Source: Mycoplasmatota bacterium (GTDB taxonomy: Bacteria; Bacillota_I; Bacilli_A; MAG-NZ). Taken from it: a stretch of 64,000 nt of DNA. The position numbers were made by a program, and so were the translations under genes. The notes beneath the pieces are model-generated. The model was given only the letters and a program-made list of their open reading frames with translations. It was not told the origin of the DNA and ran no database searches. The DNA is taken from assembly GCA_018394315.1 (NCBI GenBank), contig CP074575.1, positions 1,830,615 through 1,894,614 on the forward strand, in the 5' to 3' direction. This document shows, piece after piece, positions 20,269 through 30,716 of the stretch (the stretch's first letter is position 1; each line of letters begins with the position of its first letter).

Positions 20269-21478
20269 GTTATTTATAAATATTTCTGAGTTACTTACAA
20301 TGGATTACGGTAAACCCTATTTAAGAGGAAAAGAGTTAGATCAACTTAAGATCGTTGAACATGCGTATCTATATATTGTTAATGATAAAGTAGTTGATTA
20401 TGGAACAATGGAAGAAATGAATCATTCAGCTAATGTTGTGATAGATTGTACAAACAAAATGATTACTCCTGGTTTAGTGGATCCACATACACATTTAATT
20501 TTTGGTGGTTCTAGAGAAAAAGAAATTGCACTCAAACTACAAGGTGCTAGTTACTTAGAAATACTAAATATGGGATTAGGTATTCATTCTACAGTTGAAG
20601 CTACTAAAAATGCTTCAATTAATGAGCTACAAGAAAAGGCTTTAAAAGTTATCGATACTATGAATGGGTTTGGTGTTACATCTTTAGAATGTAAAAGTGG
20701 TTATGGACTAGATGAGGATACTGAATTAAAGCAATTGAAAGCATTAGTAAATCTAACAAACAACATGAATATAAAATCAACATTCCTAGGTGCACATGCA
20801 ATTCCAAAAGACTCTGATTCTAAAACACAACTATCAAAAATGATCTCCTTTATAGAAAAATATAAGGATTCAAATCTATTCCAATTCGTAGATATATTTT
20901 GCGAAGATAGTGTTTTTAATATAGCTGAGAGTGAAGAATATTTATTAAAGTCTAAAGAGTTAGGATTTGGAATTAGAATACATGGTGATGAGATTAAACC
21001 ACTAGGGGGAGCTGAATTAGCTGCTAGGATAGGTGCAAATAGTGCTGACCATTTAATTGGTTCTTCTATTGAAGGTATAAAAGCTTTAGGAAAGTCAAAT
21101 ACAGTTTGTAACTTACTTCCTGGTACTTCGTTTTACTTGAATAAAAGCTATGCAAAAGCTCGTACAATGATTGATAATAATTGTATAATAGGACTATCTA
21201 CTGATTATAATCCTGGAAGCAGTCCTTGTGAAAACATTCAATTTATAATGAATTTGGCATTACTAAAATATAAGATGACTCCAAAAGAAATTTGGAATGC
21301 AGTTACTATAAATCCAGCCTACAGCCTGAACTTAAATGCAGGTACTCTGAAAATCGGGTCTACAGCTGACTTCGTGATATGGAATGCTCAGAATCATGAA
21401 TATGTTGTATATCATAATGCAGTAAACGATGTAGATAAAGTCTACAAAAGCGGTAAATTAATAAAGGAGGTAGTATGA
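20261..21478 (+). CDS. hutI: imidazolonepropionase
   Basis: [34 protein letters not shown]. Confidence 0.95.
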   Translation: MDKLFINISELLTMDYGKPYLRGKELDQLKIVEHAYLYIVNDKVVDYGTMEEMNHSANVVIDCTNKMITPGLVDPHTHLIFGGSREKEIALKLQGASYLEILNMGLGIHSTVEATKNASINELQEKALKVIDTMNGFGVTSLECKSGYGLDEDTELKQLKALVNLTNNMNIKSTFLGAHAIPKDSDSKTQLSKMISFIEKYKDSNLFQFVDIFCEDSVFNIAESEEYLLKSKELGFGIRIHGDEIKPLGGAELAARIGANSADHLIGSSIEGIKALGKSNTVCNLLPGTSFYLNKSYAKARTMIDNNCIIGLSTDYNPGSSPCENIQFIMNLALLKYKMTPKEIWNAVTINPAYSLNLNAGTLKIGSTADFVIWNAQNHEYVVYHNAVNDVDKVYKSGKLIKEVV

Positions 21479-22365
21479 AAAAATTAGTGCAGTGTGTTCC
21501 TAACTTCTCTGAGGGTAGGAATGTAGAAAAAATCGAGAAGATAGTTGATTCTTTTCGTGGGAAGAAAGATCTAAAATTATTGGATTACTCATATGATAAT
21601 GATCATAACAGATGTGTAGTAACAATAATAGGGACTCCTGAAAGCCTAAAAGAATCACTATTAGTTGCTTTTGGCAAAGCAAAAGAGTTAATCGATATGA
21701 CGAGTCATACCGGACAACATCCTCGAATGGGAGCAGTTGATGTATGTCCTTTCATCCCAATCAAGAATACTGATGTTAAAGAATGTGATGAACTAGCAAA
21801 AGATATTGCAAAAGCAATTCATGAAGAACATGATATGGGATTCTTCTTCTATGAAAAAAGTGCTAGCAGCACTTTAAGACAAAACCTTGCTAAAATAAGA
21901 AAAGGTGAGTATGAAGGTATGGAAGAAAAATCTCAGAATGAGAAGTGGATACCTGATTTAGGTGAATTCAAAAAATCAACTGGTATAACTGCTATTGGTG
22001 CAAGAATGCCTTTAGTTGCATTCAATGTACTACTAGACACAAACAACTTAGACATCGCAACTAAAATCTCAAAAGCAGTTAGACATATTAATGGTGGTTT
22101 ACGTTTCGTAAAAGGTATTGGTATTGATATGCCTGAGAGAAATATAACTCAAGTTTCTATGAACTTAACTGATTATACAAAAACTCCTATATATAGAGTC
22201 TTTGAATTAATTAAAATTGAAGCTAAAAGATATGGCGTTAATGTAATAGGAAGTGAATTAATTGGATTAGCACCAATGGATGCTTTTATCCAAACTACTG
22301 AATATTACTTTGGAATTGAAAACTTAGATTACAATCAAGTATTAGAAAAGCATTTGATGGAATAA
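21475..22365 (+). CDS. ftcD: glutamate formiminotransferase
   Basis: CVPNFSEGR, DHNR, HPRMGAVDVCPFIP, GARMPLVAFN. Confidence 0.95.
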   Translation: MKKLVQCVPNFSEGRNVEKIEKIVDSFRGKKDLKLLDYSYDNDHNRCVVTIIGTPESLKESLLVAFGKAKELIDMTSHTGQHPRMGAVDVCPFIPIKNTDVKECDELAKDIAKAIHEEHDMGFFFYEKSASSTLRQNLAKIRKGEYEGMEEKSQNEKWIPDLGEFKKSTGITAIGARMPLVAFNVLLDTNNLDIATKISKAVRHINGGLRFVKGIGIDMPERNITQVSMNLTDYTKTPIYRVFELIKIEAKRYGVNVIGSELIGLAPMDAFIQTTEYYFGIENLDYNQVLEKHLME

Positions 22366-22982
22366 TGTTTAAAGATTATAAAATTAAAGATTTTCTAAAC
22401 CAAACTGCTTCAAATGAACCAACTCCAGGTGGTGGAAGTATTGCAGCCTTAACAGGTGCAATAGCTTTCTCACTTTGTGAAATGGTTGCAAATCTAAGTT
22501 TAAATAAAGAGAAATACGCCATACATAAGAAAGATTTTGAGAATATAATTAAAGTTACTGAAGATTTAAGAGAAGAGTTATTAGATGATATTAATAAAGA
22601 TGCATCTTCTTTTGATGAAGTGATGAAAGCATTTAAGTTACCTAAATCAACTGATGAAGAAAAAAAGGTTAGATCAGCAAAAATTCAAGAAGGTTATAAA
22701 TACGCGGCAAGTGTTCCTATGGGTATTGCTGAAAAAATATTCAAATCATTAGAAGTGATTGAGTTTGTAATTAACAATGGTAACCAAAACGCACTTACAG
22801 ATGGTTTAGTTTCATTAATGTCAGCTAGAACTGCTATATTAGGAGCATTATTAAATGTCAAAATTAACCTAGGCTCTATCAAAGATAAAGAATTTGTAGA
22901 AGAGTGCAATAAAAAAGTAAATGCTTTAGAAACAAAAACTATCGATTTCGAGCAAAGAGTATTAACAAAAATTAATTTATAA
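22365..22982 (+). CDS. formiminotetrahydrofolate cyclodeaminase (FTCD_C family)
   Basis: PTPGGGS.AAL, GNQNALTD, ALLNVKINL; translationally coupled to ftcD. Confidence 0.88.
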   Translation: MFKDYKIKDFLNQTASNEPTPGGGSIAALTGAIAFSLCEMVANLSLNKEKYAIHKKDFENIIKVTEDLREELLDDINKDASSFDEVMKAFKLPKSTDEEKKVRSAKIQEGYKYAASVPMGIAEKIFKSLEVIEFVINNGNQNALTDGLVSLMSARTAILGALLNVKINLGSIKDKEFVEECNKKVNALETKTIDFEQRVLTKINL

Positions 22983-23001
22983 ACTGCCTGAGGCAGTTTT
23001 T
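22981..23001 (+). terminator. hut operon terminator
   Basis: AAACTGCC-TGA-GGCAGTTTTT. Confidence 0.85.
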
Positions 23002-23045
23002 AATTTAACTAAAATAAAGATATAATATAAAAAGAGGTGAGAAAT

Positions 23046-24581
23046 ATGAGAAAAGCATATATAAACGGAAACATAATAACAAATGATAAATCAGTTGCAG
23101 AAGCTATGATAGTTAATGGAAAGACTATTGAATATGTTGGAACTAATGAAATTGTTAATAAAGCCAATATAGAAACTATAAATCTTAACGGTAATACTGT
23201 TCTACCAGGGTTTTACGATAGTCATATACACTTCTTAGGTATAGGACTTCTCAATCATCTTTCAAACTTATCTCAATCTAAGTCAATTGATGAGCTAGTA
23301 AATGAGTTAAAGGAAAATACTAATAGTTGGATTATCGGGAGAGGTTGGCACCAATCGAATATGAATGGGTATGTGCCGACTAAGAATGATTTAGATAGAG
23401 TTTCTTCAGAGATTCCTGTAATCGCCATTAGAGTATGTGGTCATGTGCTAGTAGCCAACTCTAAGGCTATGGAAATCGCTAAGATAGATAAATTTACTGA
23501 ACAAATTGATGGGGGTAGTTTTGATTATGAAACGGGATTATTTACTGAAGACGCATTACTCTTAATAACTAAAGTTATACCTCCTTATAAAAAGGATGAT
23601 ATTAAGAAAATGTTTATTAATGCTAATGAACATTTACTCAGTCAAGGAATAACATACATAGCTAGTGACGACTTCTCTACTTTAAACGTCCCTTATGAAC
23701 TTATAATCGAGTGTCTAAATGAATTATACTTAGAAAAGAAAATTAATATTAAGCTATACGAGCAAGTAAACTTACCAACAATTGAACTATTCAAGGATTA
23801 TGTTTCTAAAGGATACCCAAATAAGATATTCAGTGAACTTTTTAAATTAGGCCCACTAAAACTATTAGCTGATGGCTCACTTGGTGGAAGAACTGCTTAC
23901 TTAAGAAAACCATACAGTGACCAAGATACTTTAGGCATTCCTGTATTTACACAAAGCACCCTTAATGAATACGTTAGGCTAGCAGATAAGTCAAATATGA
24001 ATGTAGCAATTCACGCGATTGGTGATGCTACCGTAGATATGATTTTAGAAGCTACAAAAGATTCTAAAGACCACAGACATGGAATTATACACGCTCAAAT
24101 AGTTGATAAAGAACAGATAAAGAGAATAAAAGAACAAAACCTCTTATTATATGTCCAACCTATATTCTTAAACTCAGATATAGATATCGTATTCGATAGA
24201 CTAGGAAATAGAGCAAATGAATCTTATTTATTTAAAACTATGTATGATTCAGAAGTAATCACTTCATTTGGTACAGATTCTCCTGTTGAAAATTTTAACC
24301 CTTTTGAAAACCTATATTCTGCAATCACAAGGAAATCAATCAAAAATCCTACACAAGACGCATTCCTTAAAGATCAAGCCTTTAATATTTCTTCAGCAAT
24401 TGAGTGTTACACTACTCACTCAGCATATACCTCATATGATGAAAAATCAGTAGGTAAGTTAAAGGCTGGATACTTTGCTGATTTTATTATTATAGATAAA
24501 AACATCATTGAATCAACACCAGAGGAGTTGCTTAAGACAGAAGTTCTTGCAACATACATAAATGGTTCGAAAGTTTACTAA
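23046..24581 (+). CDS. amidohydrolase-3 family protein (YtcJ/NfdA-like)
   Basis: PGFYDSHIH, KLLADGSLGGRTA, IHAIGD, FGTDSPV, GKLKAGYFADF. Confidence 0.88.
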   Translation: MRKAYINGNIITNDKSVAEAMIVNGKTIEYVGTNEIVNKANIETINLNGNTVLPGFYDSHIHFLGIGLLNHLSNLSQSKSIDELVNELKENTNSWIIGRGWHQSNMNGYVPTKNDLDRVSSEIPVIAIRVCGHVLVANSKAMEIAKIDKFTEQIDGGSFDYETGLFTEDALLLITKVIPPYKKDDIKKMFINANEHLLSQGITYIASDDFSTLNVPYELIIECLNELYLEKKINIKLYEQVNLPTIELFKDYVSKGYPNKIFSELFKLGPLKLLADGSLGGRTAYLRKPYSDQDTLGIPVFTQSTLNEYVRLADKSNMNVAIHAIGDATVDMILEATKDSKDHRHGIIHAQIVDKEQIKRIKEQNLLLYVQPIFLNSDIDIVFDRLGNRANESYLFKTMYDSEVITSFGTDSPVENFNPFENLYSAITRKSIKNPTQDAFLKDQAFNISSAIECYTTHSAYTSYDEKSVGKLKAGYFADFIIIDKNIIESTPEELLKTEVLATYINGSKVY

Positions 24582-24584
24582 ATC

Positions 24585-24612
24585 AAAAAAAGCACATCGA
24601 TTATGTGCTTTT
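24585..24612. terminator. bidirectional terminator
   Basis: AAAAGCACAT...ATGTGCTTTT. Confidence 0.8.
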
Positions 24613-24614
24613 CA

Positions 24615-25760
24615 TTACTTTTCAAGCCACTTCTCAAGTTCATAATCAGTAGCAAGAACAGTATGAGTGTCAGATAGATGTTGTATTTTCCCACCCGTAT
24701 AATTTATGTTCTTTTGATCATATATATCTCTTTTTCTTACTTTTTCTAACCTCGGATTAGGTTCAGGTATTGCTGATAAAAGTGACTTAGTATATGGATG
24801 TACTGGATTCTCATAAACATCTTCTACAGTACCCATTTCCACAATATGACCTTTATGCATCACTCCAACTCTATCACTTATGTACTTAACCATGGACAAA
24901 TCATGAGCAATGAATAAATATGTTACACCGGTTTCTTCTTGAAGTGCTTTTAGTAAGTTAATCACTTGTGCTTGAATAGAAACATCCAAAGCAGAAATAG
25001 CCTCATCTGCAATAACAAAATCTGGGTTCATTATCATAGCGCGAGCAATACCAATACGCTGACGTTGACCACCACTAAACTGGTGTGGATAACGATGTAA
25101 ATGATCTTTTAATAGACCTACCTTCTCTAAAATAGCTATTACTTTCTCTTCTTTTTCTTTTTCACTAGAAACTAATCCGTTTACGACTAAACCTTGTCCG
25201 ATGATATCAATAACTTTTTTTCTTGGATTCAAACTAGCCATTGGATCCTGAAAAATCATTTGCATCTTTTGTCTAAAATCTCTGTCTACCATATTATCGA
25301 CTTGTGCTTGTCTTAAATCTAGTTTTAATTCTTCAATATCTTTGTGATTAATTTTGACCTTAGTATTAATTGCATTACTTAATTTTTCTTCATACTCTTT
25401 TAGTCTATCAGTGTGGGTAGTAGACTTTAATCGCTTGACTTCGGCACGAAGTTCATTAATCTTCTTACCATCATATCCTTCTTTAGACTCTCTAATGATA
25501 TGTTTTAATCTCTTAAATTGCTTATCACCTATAGAAATTCTTTTGTTATTAAAATAAATCTCACCATCAGTTATTTGGTAGAGTTTAATTATGCTTCTAC
25601 CCGTCGTAGATTTACCACTACCAGATTCACCAACCAAACTAAATGTTTCTCCTTTAAAAATTTCAAATGAAATACCATCTACAGCCATAACAGTTTGCTT
25701 TTTACTTACTTTAAAGTGTTGTTTTAAATTCTCTACTTTTAATAAAACTTCTCTACTCAT
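24615..25760 (-). CDS. oppF: oligopeptide ABC ATPase with charged internal insertion
   Basis: GESGSGKST, QMIFQDP, FSGGQRQR, HPYTKSLLSAIP. Confidence 0.92.
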   Translation of the reverse strand: MSREVLLKVENLKQHFKVSKKQTVMAVDGISFEIFKGETFSLVGESGSGKSTTGRSIIKLYQITDGEIYFNNKRISIGDKQFKRLKHIIRESKEGYDGKKINELRAEVKRLKSTTHTDRLKEYEEKLSNAINTKVKINHKDIEELKLDLRQAQVDNMVDRDFRQKMQMIFQDPMASLNPRKKVIDIIGQGLVVNGLVSSEKEKEEKVIAILEKVGLLKDHLHRYPHQFSGGQRQRIGIARAMIMNPDFVIADEAISALDVSIQAQVINLLKALQEETGVTYLFIAHDLSMVKYISDRVGVMHKGHIVEMGTVEDVYENPVHPYTKSLLSAIPEPNPRLEKVRKRDIYDQKNINYTGGKIQHLSDTHTVLATDYELEKWLEK

Positions 25761-26794
25761 CAGTATTCCTCACTTAACATCAATTTTATTCTTCTTTGGA
25801 GATGCTCTGGCATTTCAATTTTAGGTGCATACTCATGTAACAACCAACTAGCAACATAATGAGTATCACTTACCTTGAAAAATGGTGGTTGTTCCTCAAA
25901 GTCAATTTTCAAAGTGTGTTCACTTCTATAAGCAAATGCATCACCTACAGGAGGTGATATAAGGTTTGGCGTAGTTCCTGGAATAGAATATAACATATCT
26001 ACTTTTGTTGACATATCAGGAACAGATGCTAACAATCCCCAAGTATAGGGATGTTTTGAATCATAATAGATTTCATCACTTAAACCATACTCTACTATCT
26101 TTCCTGCATACATAACTGCAACTCTGTCTGCCATGTTAGCGACTACACCCAAATCATGAGTAATAAAAATGATAGAGATTTTTAGTTTCATTTGTAGTTC
26201 CTTTATCAACTCTAAAATTTGAGATTGAATTGTTACATCCAATGCAGTTGTTGGTTCATCAGCAATTAAAATATCCGGTTCGCTAGCTAATGCGATAGCG
26301 ATCACTACTCTTTGACGCATTCCACCTGATAGTTGATGAGGATAACTTTTAAATCTTTTACTAGGACTTTCTATCCCTACTAAATCTAATAGTTCTATAA
26401 CCTTTATTTTTGCATCAGATCTTTTCATCTTACGATGTTCCAGCATACTTTCCATAATCTGTTTACCAATAGTCATAGTTGGATTTAAACTAGTCATTGG
26501 GTCTTGAAAAATCATAGATATTCTTGAACCTCTAATCTTAGTCAGTTCCCTTTTGGTTAACTTAAGTATATCGTTTCCATCAAACAAAATAGATCCTTGT
26601 TCAACAGTTGCATTATTGGCTAGCATTCCCATTATGGCCTTTGTGGTAACTGATTTCCCACTACCTGATTCACCTACAATTGCTAGTGTTTCTCCTTTGA
26701 ATAAATTAAAACTTACCCCTCTAATTGCTTGTACATTACCTGAATTAGTCTTAAAAGAAATTCTTAGATCGTTAACTCTCAATATTTTTTTCAT
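25760..26794 (-). CDS. oppD: oligopeptide ABC ATPase
   Basis: GESGSGKSV, IFQDPMTSLNP, LSGGMRQR, HPYTWGLL. Confidence 0.93.
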   Translation of the reverse strand: MKKILRVNDLRISFKTNSGNVQAIRGVSFNLFKGETLAIVGESGSGKSVTTKAIMGMLANNATVEQGSILFDGNDILKLTKRELTKIRGSRISMIFQDPMTSLNPTMTIGKQIMESMLEHRKMKRSDAKIKVIELLDLVGIESPSKRFKSYPHQLSGGMRQRVVIAIALASEPDILIADEPTTALDVTIQSQILELIKELQMKLKISIIFITHDLGVVANMADRVAVMYAGKIVEYGLSDEIYYDSKHPYTWGLLASVPDMSTKVDMLYSIPGTTPNLISPPVGDAFAYRSEHTLKIDFEEQPPFFKVSDTHYVASWLLHEYAPKIEMPEHLQRRIKLMLSEEY

Positions 26795-26796
26795 AG

Positions 26797-27891
26797 TTAT
26801 TCCTCCTTCATCTTAGGATCCAATGCATCACGTAATCCATCAGCCAGTAAATTAAACGTTAACATCAAGAGTGCTAGAATTACAACTGGAAACAATAGCA
26901 TATGAGGATAAACCATAATAGACTTGTATCCATCACTAATTAAAACACCAAGGGAAGCCATAGGGGGCTGTAATCCCAATCCTATAAATGCCAGGAATGA
27001 TTCATAAAATATAGCACTCGGAACCGAAAACATACTCATTACTAAGACCTGTCCGAATATATTAGGAAGAATATCTTTTATTATTATTTGAGAATCAGAC
27101 GATCCTAAAGTTCTTGACGCAAGGATAAATTCAAATGACTTTAACTTTAAAACTTGTGAGCGAACTACCCTGCTCATACCAATCCACCCAGTTAAAATCA
27201 AGGCTAATGTTATAGACATCAATCCTGGATTAAGCACTAGTACTAGCAAAGTCACTATAACTAAACGAGGAATTCCAACAATAATCTCTACTACTCTTTG
27301 CATTATTGTATCGGTTCTTCCACCCTTATACCCAGAAATCATTCCGTAAGTGATACCAATAACCATATCAATTAATACTGCTAGAAAAGCTATATAAAAT
27401 GATACTCTTGTTCCTGTCCAAACTCTAGTCCATTGATCTCGACCTAAAGTGTCAGTACCAAACCAAAAATAGACATCATCAAATCCTTTTTCTTTATATA
27501 TGTTTCTCTCTACATCAACCATTTCTTTTCCATTTACTACATATTCTTTTACGATACGTTCATAATCTGGATTAATCTTTGCACGAGCTTTAGTTTTGGT
27601 TTCTACTATTGTACCATCAAGAATTCCCAATTTTTCAACAATTGGAATCCTAGGTGGAAGTTTTTCATATTCTGTCATTACTTGATCGTACTTATATGAA
27701 TTCATAAATGGACCAATCAATGAAAAGAACAAAACAATTGTGATTACAATCAATCCAACAACTGCACCTTTGTTTTTCTTAAATCTTTTTAAAGTATCTT
27801 GAAAAAAGGATGCGTTATGAACCAGTATCTCTCTTTCATTACTACTATCTCTAAATATCCTTTCAAAGCGACTCTTATCATAATTAAGCAT
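26797..27891 (-). CDS. oppC: oligopeptide ABC permease
   Basis: FGTDTLGRD, EAA-like EFILASRTLG; ATG 27891 overlaps the oppB end. Confidence 0.92.
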   Translation of the reverse strand: MLNYDKSRFERIFRDSSNEREILVHNASFFQDTLKRFKKNKGAVVGLIVITIVLFFSLIGPFMNSYKYDQVMTEYEKLPPRIPIVEKLGILDGTIVETKTKARAKINPDYERIVKEYVVNGKEMVDVERNIYKEKGFDDVYFWFGTDTLGRDQWTRVWTGTRVSFYIAFLAVLIDMVIGITYGMISGYKGGRTDTIMQRVVEIIVGIPRLVIVTLLVLVLNPGLMSITLALILTGWIGMSRVVRSQVLKLKSFEFILASRTLGSSDSQIIIKDILPNIFGQVLVMSMFSVPSAIFYESFLAFIGLGLQPPMASLGVLISDGYKSIMVYPHMLLFPVVILALLMLTFNLLADGLRDALDPKMKEE

Positions 27892-28828
27892 TAGTTCCAC
27901 CACCTTGCACTCGAATTCTAGGATCAATTATCCCATACAGTAAATCTACAAGTAAGTTAACGAAGATATATAGAAAACTATAAATAAACGCTATCGCTAT
28001 TACTACATTGAAGTCGTTAACTTGAATTGCTTGTATTAATAAACTACCAATACCAGGTATACCAAATATTTTCTCAACTACTAATGACCCAGTCATTAGC
28101 CCAACCAGTAAAGGACCTAGGACGGTAATCACTGGTATCATTGCATTTCTAAGGGCATGTCTTATTATTACTTTTAAGTTAGACAACCCTTTTGACTCTG
28201 CTAATTGGATATAATCTGATTTGAAAATATCTATCAATTCCATTCTCATAAACCTAGCAGTTTGTGCAATTACAAACATTGATAGTGCAATTGATGGTAA
28301 AACCATAGACCTAACAGTGTCATCTATATCAAATGTTATTGGAAATAGCCTCATCTTATAACCAAAGTAATAACTTAAACCTAAAGCAAATACATATGAA
28401 GGAATACTAACACCAAGTACTGCAATAATTGTAGTAAGAGTGTCAAATATTGTATTTCTTTTTATACCTGCAATTACACCAAGGACTATTCCCGTAACTG
28501 TTCCTATTAGAATCGCTTGTAAACCAATCTTAATAGTAATTCCAATTCTACTACTTATCATATCTGATATTGCGGCGTTCTTCTTAATTACAAACGAAAT
28601 ACCGAAATCCTGATGTAAAACCACATTCTTCACAAAAATCAAAAATCTTATCACTGGAGATTTATCCAGTCCATACAAAGCGTTTAAATTGGCAATTTGA
28701 TCTGGAGATAATTTTTCATCATTAAACGGCGAACCTGGCATGAACTCAAGTAATAAAAATAAGATAAATAATATCACTAAAAGTGTCAGTGCTGCCATTC
28801 CTAGTCTCTTTAAAATATATTTTGTCAT
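27884..28828 (-). CDS. oppB: oligopeptide ABC permease
   Basis: MPGSPF, DFGISF, AESKGLS...HALRNAMIP, VEKIFGIPG. Confidence 0.93.
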   Translation of the reverse strand: MTKYILKRLGMAALTLLVILFILFLLLEFMPGSPFNDEKLSPDQIANLNALYGLDKSPVIRFLIFVKNVVLHQDFGISFVIKKNAAISDMISSRIGITIKIGLQAILIGTVTGIVLGVIAGIKRNTIFDTLTTIIAVLGVSIPSYVFALGLSYYFGYKMRLFPITFDIDDTVRSMVLPSIALSMFVIAQTARFMRMELIDIFKSDYIQLAESKGLSNLKVIIRHALRNAMIPVITVLGPLLVGLMTGSLVVEKIFGIPGIGSLLIQAIQVNDFNVVIAIAFIYSFLYIFVNLLVDLLYGIIDPRIRVQGGGTNA

Positions 28829-28854
28829 AATCTCATCTCACTTTCATAAAAATC

Positions 28855-28882
28855 AAGGGAACTTATTTGAAATAGGTTCCCT
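28855..28882 (-). terminator. hairpin between oppA and oppB (partial terminator or mRNA stabiliser)
   Basis: AGGGAACTTATTT...AAATAGGTTCCCT. Confidence 0.65.
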
Positions 28883-28903
28883 AGATAACTATTTTAAAGA
28901 ATA

Positions 28904-30574
28904 CTAACCAATCTTAACATTCTTATAAACGTGTGGTAATCCCACTGAATGTACTTCAATTCCTGAAACTTCTGGAGAAATAAGCATTGCATAACCAGAC
29001 TGATAGATTGGGAAAACCCCTGCATCATCTAATAAAACTTGCTCCATTTCTAACATCATGTCCCAACGTTCTACTGTTTTTGTTGATGATGCTAATTCGC
29101 CACCACCAGAAATTTTTTCTAACATTTCTAAGTATACTGGATTAGCATAATCTGTGCTAGATGATCCACCTGGTTTGAATAACTCTAAGTATGTTTGTGG
29201 ATCGGCATAGTCAGGACCCCAACGAGTGATTCCTAATTGGAATTTATCTTCTCGCATTAACTGTAATCTATTTTTCTTAGGTTGAGTTTTCAAAATGACA
29301 GTTAATCCTTCTAAATTAGTTTCCCATTCTGATTTCATAAATTCAGCCATTCTTTTAACAGACTCTGCATCATCAAATAATAATTCAATCTCAATTTCAG
29401 ATTTACCTAACTCTTGTTTAGCTAATTCCCAGTGTTTCTGAGCTTCAGTTACATCATAATTCAGGAAATCTCTAGTTTGAGCCTCACGGTAATCAGTTCC
29501 GTCAACTGGTGATGCTGCAAGTCCTGTAGGTACAATGTAATTAGCAGCAACAGAACCATCGTTTAATACAGAGTTCGCGATATAAGATTTATCAAATCCC
29601 ATTCCTAATGCCATTCTAAAGTTTAAATTTTCAAGTTCAGGCATACCAGAAGCATAGTTTGGAGCTACGTACCAAACATATCCACCAGGATCATTTGTGA
29701 ATGCCTCATCATCTTTATATCTGTCAACTAATTCAGAATTTAACTTAACTACATCTACACTACCTGCTTCAAATTCTAGTGCAGCAGTTTGCGCATCCTT
29801 GAACACGCGCCATTCAACAGAATCAATTTGAACGCTATCTGCATCATAGTAAGTTTCATTCTTTTCTACAGTTAATCCGTATCCTTCTTGCCATTTGGTA
29901 ATTTTAAATGGACCATTTGCTAATACATTTTCAGGTCTCATTCCATACTGCCCATCTTGTGCGTTATAGAACTCTTCATTAATTGGGAAGAATGTGTTAA
30001 ATGTCATTAACTGAACAAAGAATGGAGCTTCATTGTCTAAAGTAACTACTAACTCATAATCACTAACAGCTTCGATTCCTAATGTTTGGTAATCAGCTTC
30101 GCCATCATAAATTGCTCTTGCATTTTTAACTCCAGCAACGAAGAATATCCAACTATATTCTGATCCAACATCTGGATTCATTCCACGTTTCCAAGCAAAT
30201 TCGAAGTCATGCGCTGTTACAGTAGTCCCGTTATCCCACTTCGCATCTTCTCTTAAATAGAATGTATATATTAATCCATCTTCAGAAACTTCGTATGATT
30301 TTGCAATGGAAGGAACTAATTTCCCATTTGCATCATATTGTAAAAGTCCTTCGATAGTTGCACCCACAATTTCAAATGATAGTCCATCAGTAGCTATTTG
30401 AGCATCAATTGATGGTACCTCCACATCTGTTGCTATTCTCAATACTTTTGGTTCTTGTTCAACTGGTTCTCCAGTTTCGTTACCTGTAGGAGTATCAGTG
30501 CTTTCATCACTTTTACATGCAGCTAATGAAAATACTAAAGCTAAAGATAACAATAATCCTAATAATTTTCTCAT
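28904..30574 (-). CDS. oppA: oligopeptide-binding lipoprotein
   Basis: lipobox LAAC; LREDAKWDNG..VTAHDF, NGPF, WGPDYADP; ATG 30574 after GAGGAGG SD. Confidence 0.93.
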   Translation of the reverse strand: MRKLLGLLLSLALVFSLAACKSDESTDTPTGNETGEPVEQEPKVLRIATDVEVPSIDAQIATDGLSFEIVGATIEGLLQYDANGKLVPSIAKSYEVSEDGLIYTFYLREDAKWDNGTTVTAHDFEFAWKRGMNPDVGSEYSWIFFVAGVKNARAIYDGEADYQTLGIEAVSDYELVVTLDNEAPFFVQLMTFNTFFPINEEFYNAQDGQYGMRPENVLANGPFKITKWQEGYGLTVEKNETYYDADSVQIDSVEWRVFKDAQTAALEFEAGSVDVVKLNSELVDRYKDDEAFTNDPGGYVWYVAPNYASGMPELENLNFRMALGMGFDKSYIANSVLNDGSVAANYIVPTGLAASPVDGTDYREAQTRDFLNYDVTEAQKHWELAKQELGKSEIEIELLFDDAESVKRMAEFMKSEWETNLEGLTVILKTQPKKNRLQLMREDKFQLGITRWGPDYADPQTYLELFKPGGSSSTDYANPVYLEMLEKISGGGELASSTKTVERWDMMLEMEQVLLDDAGVFPIYQSGYAMLISPEVSGIEVHSVGLPHVYKNVKIG

Positions 30575-30609
30575 AATTTTCCTCCTCTTGTTATAAATGT
30601 ATTTCTCTG

Positions 30610-30688
30610 ATTCTAGCACAGTTATTGTTTGGGTACAAACCTTTTTTTACAGAAAAACGTTTTCACATCTTTATGTAAAAGCCTTTCA
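30610..30688 (-). promoter_or_regulatory. opp promoter with two upstream cre-like boxes
   Basis: TTGTAC-N17-TAGAAT with TGn; TGAAAACGTTTTTC (30665-30652) and TGAAAGGCTTTTAC (30688-30675). Confidence 0.65.
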
Positions 30689-30691
30689 AAC

Positions 30692-30713
30692 AAAAAAAGT
30701 AGCCTAAGCTACT
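30692..30713 (-). terminator. terminator after the flavodoxin-like gene
   Basis: AGTAGC-TTAG-GCTACT then T-tract on minus strand. Confidence 0.75.
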
Positions 30714-30716
30714 CAT

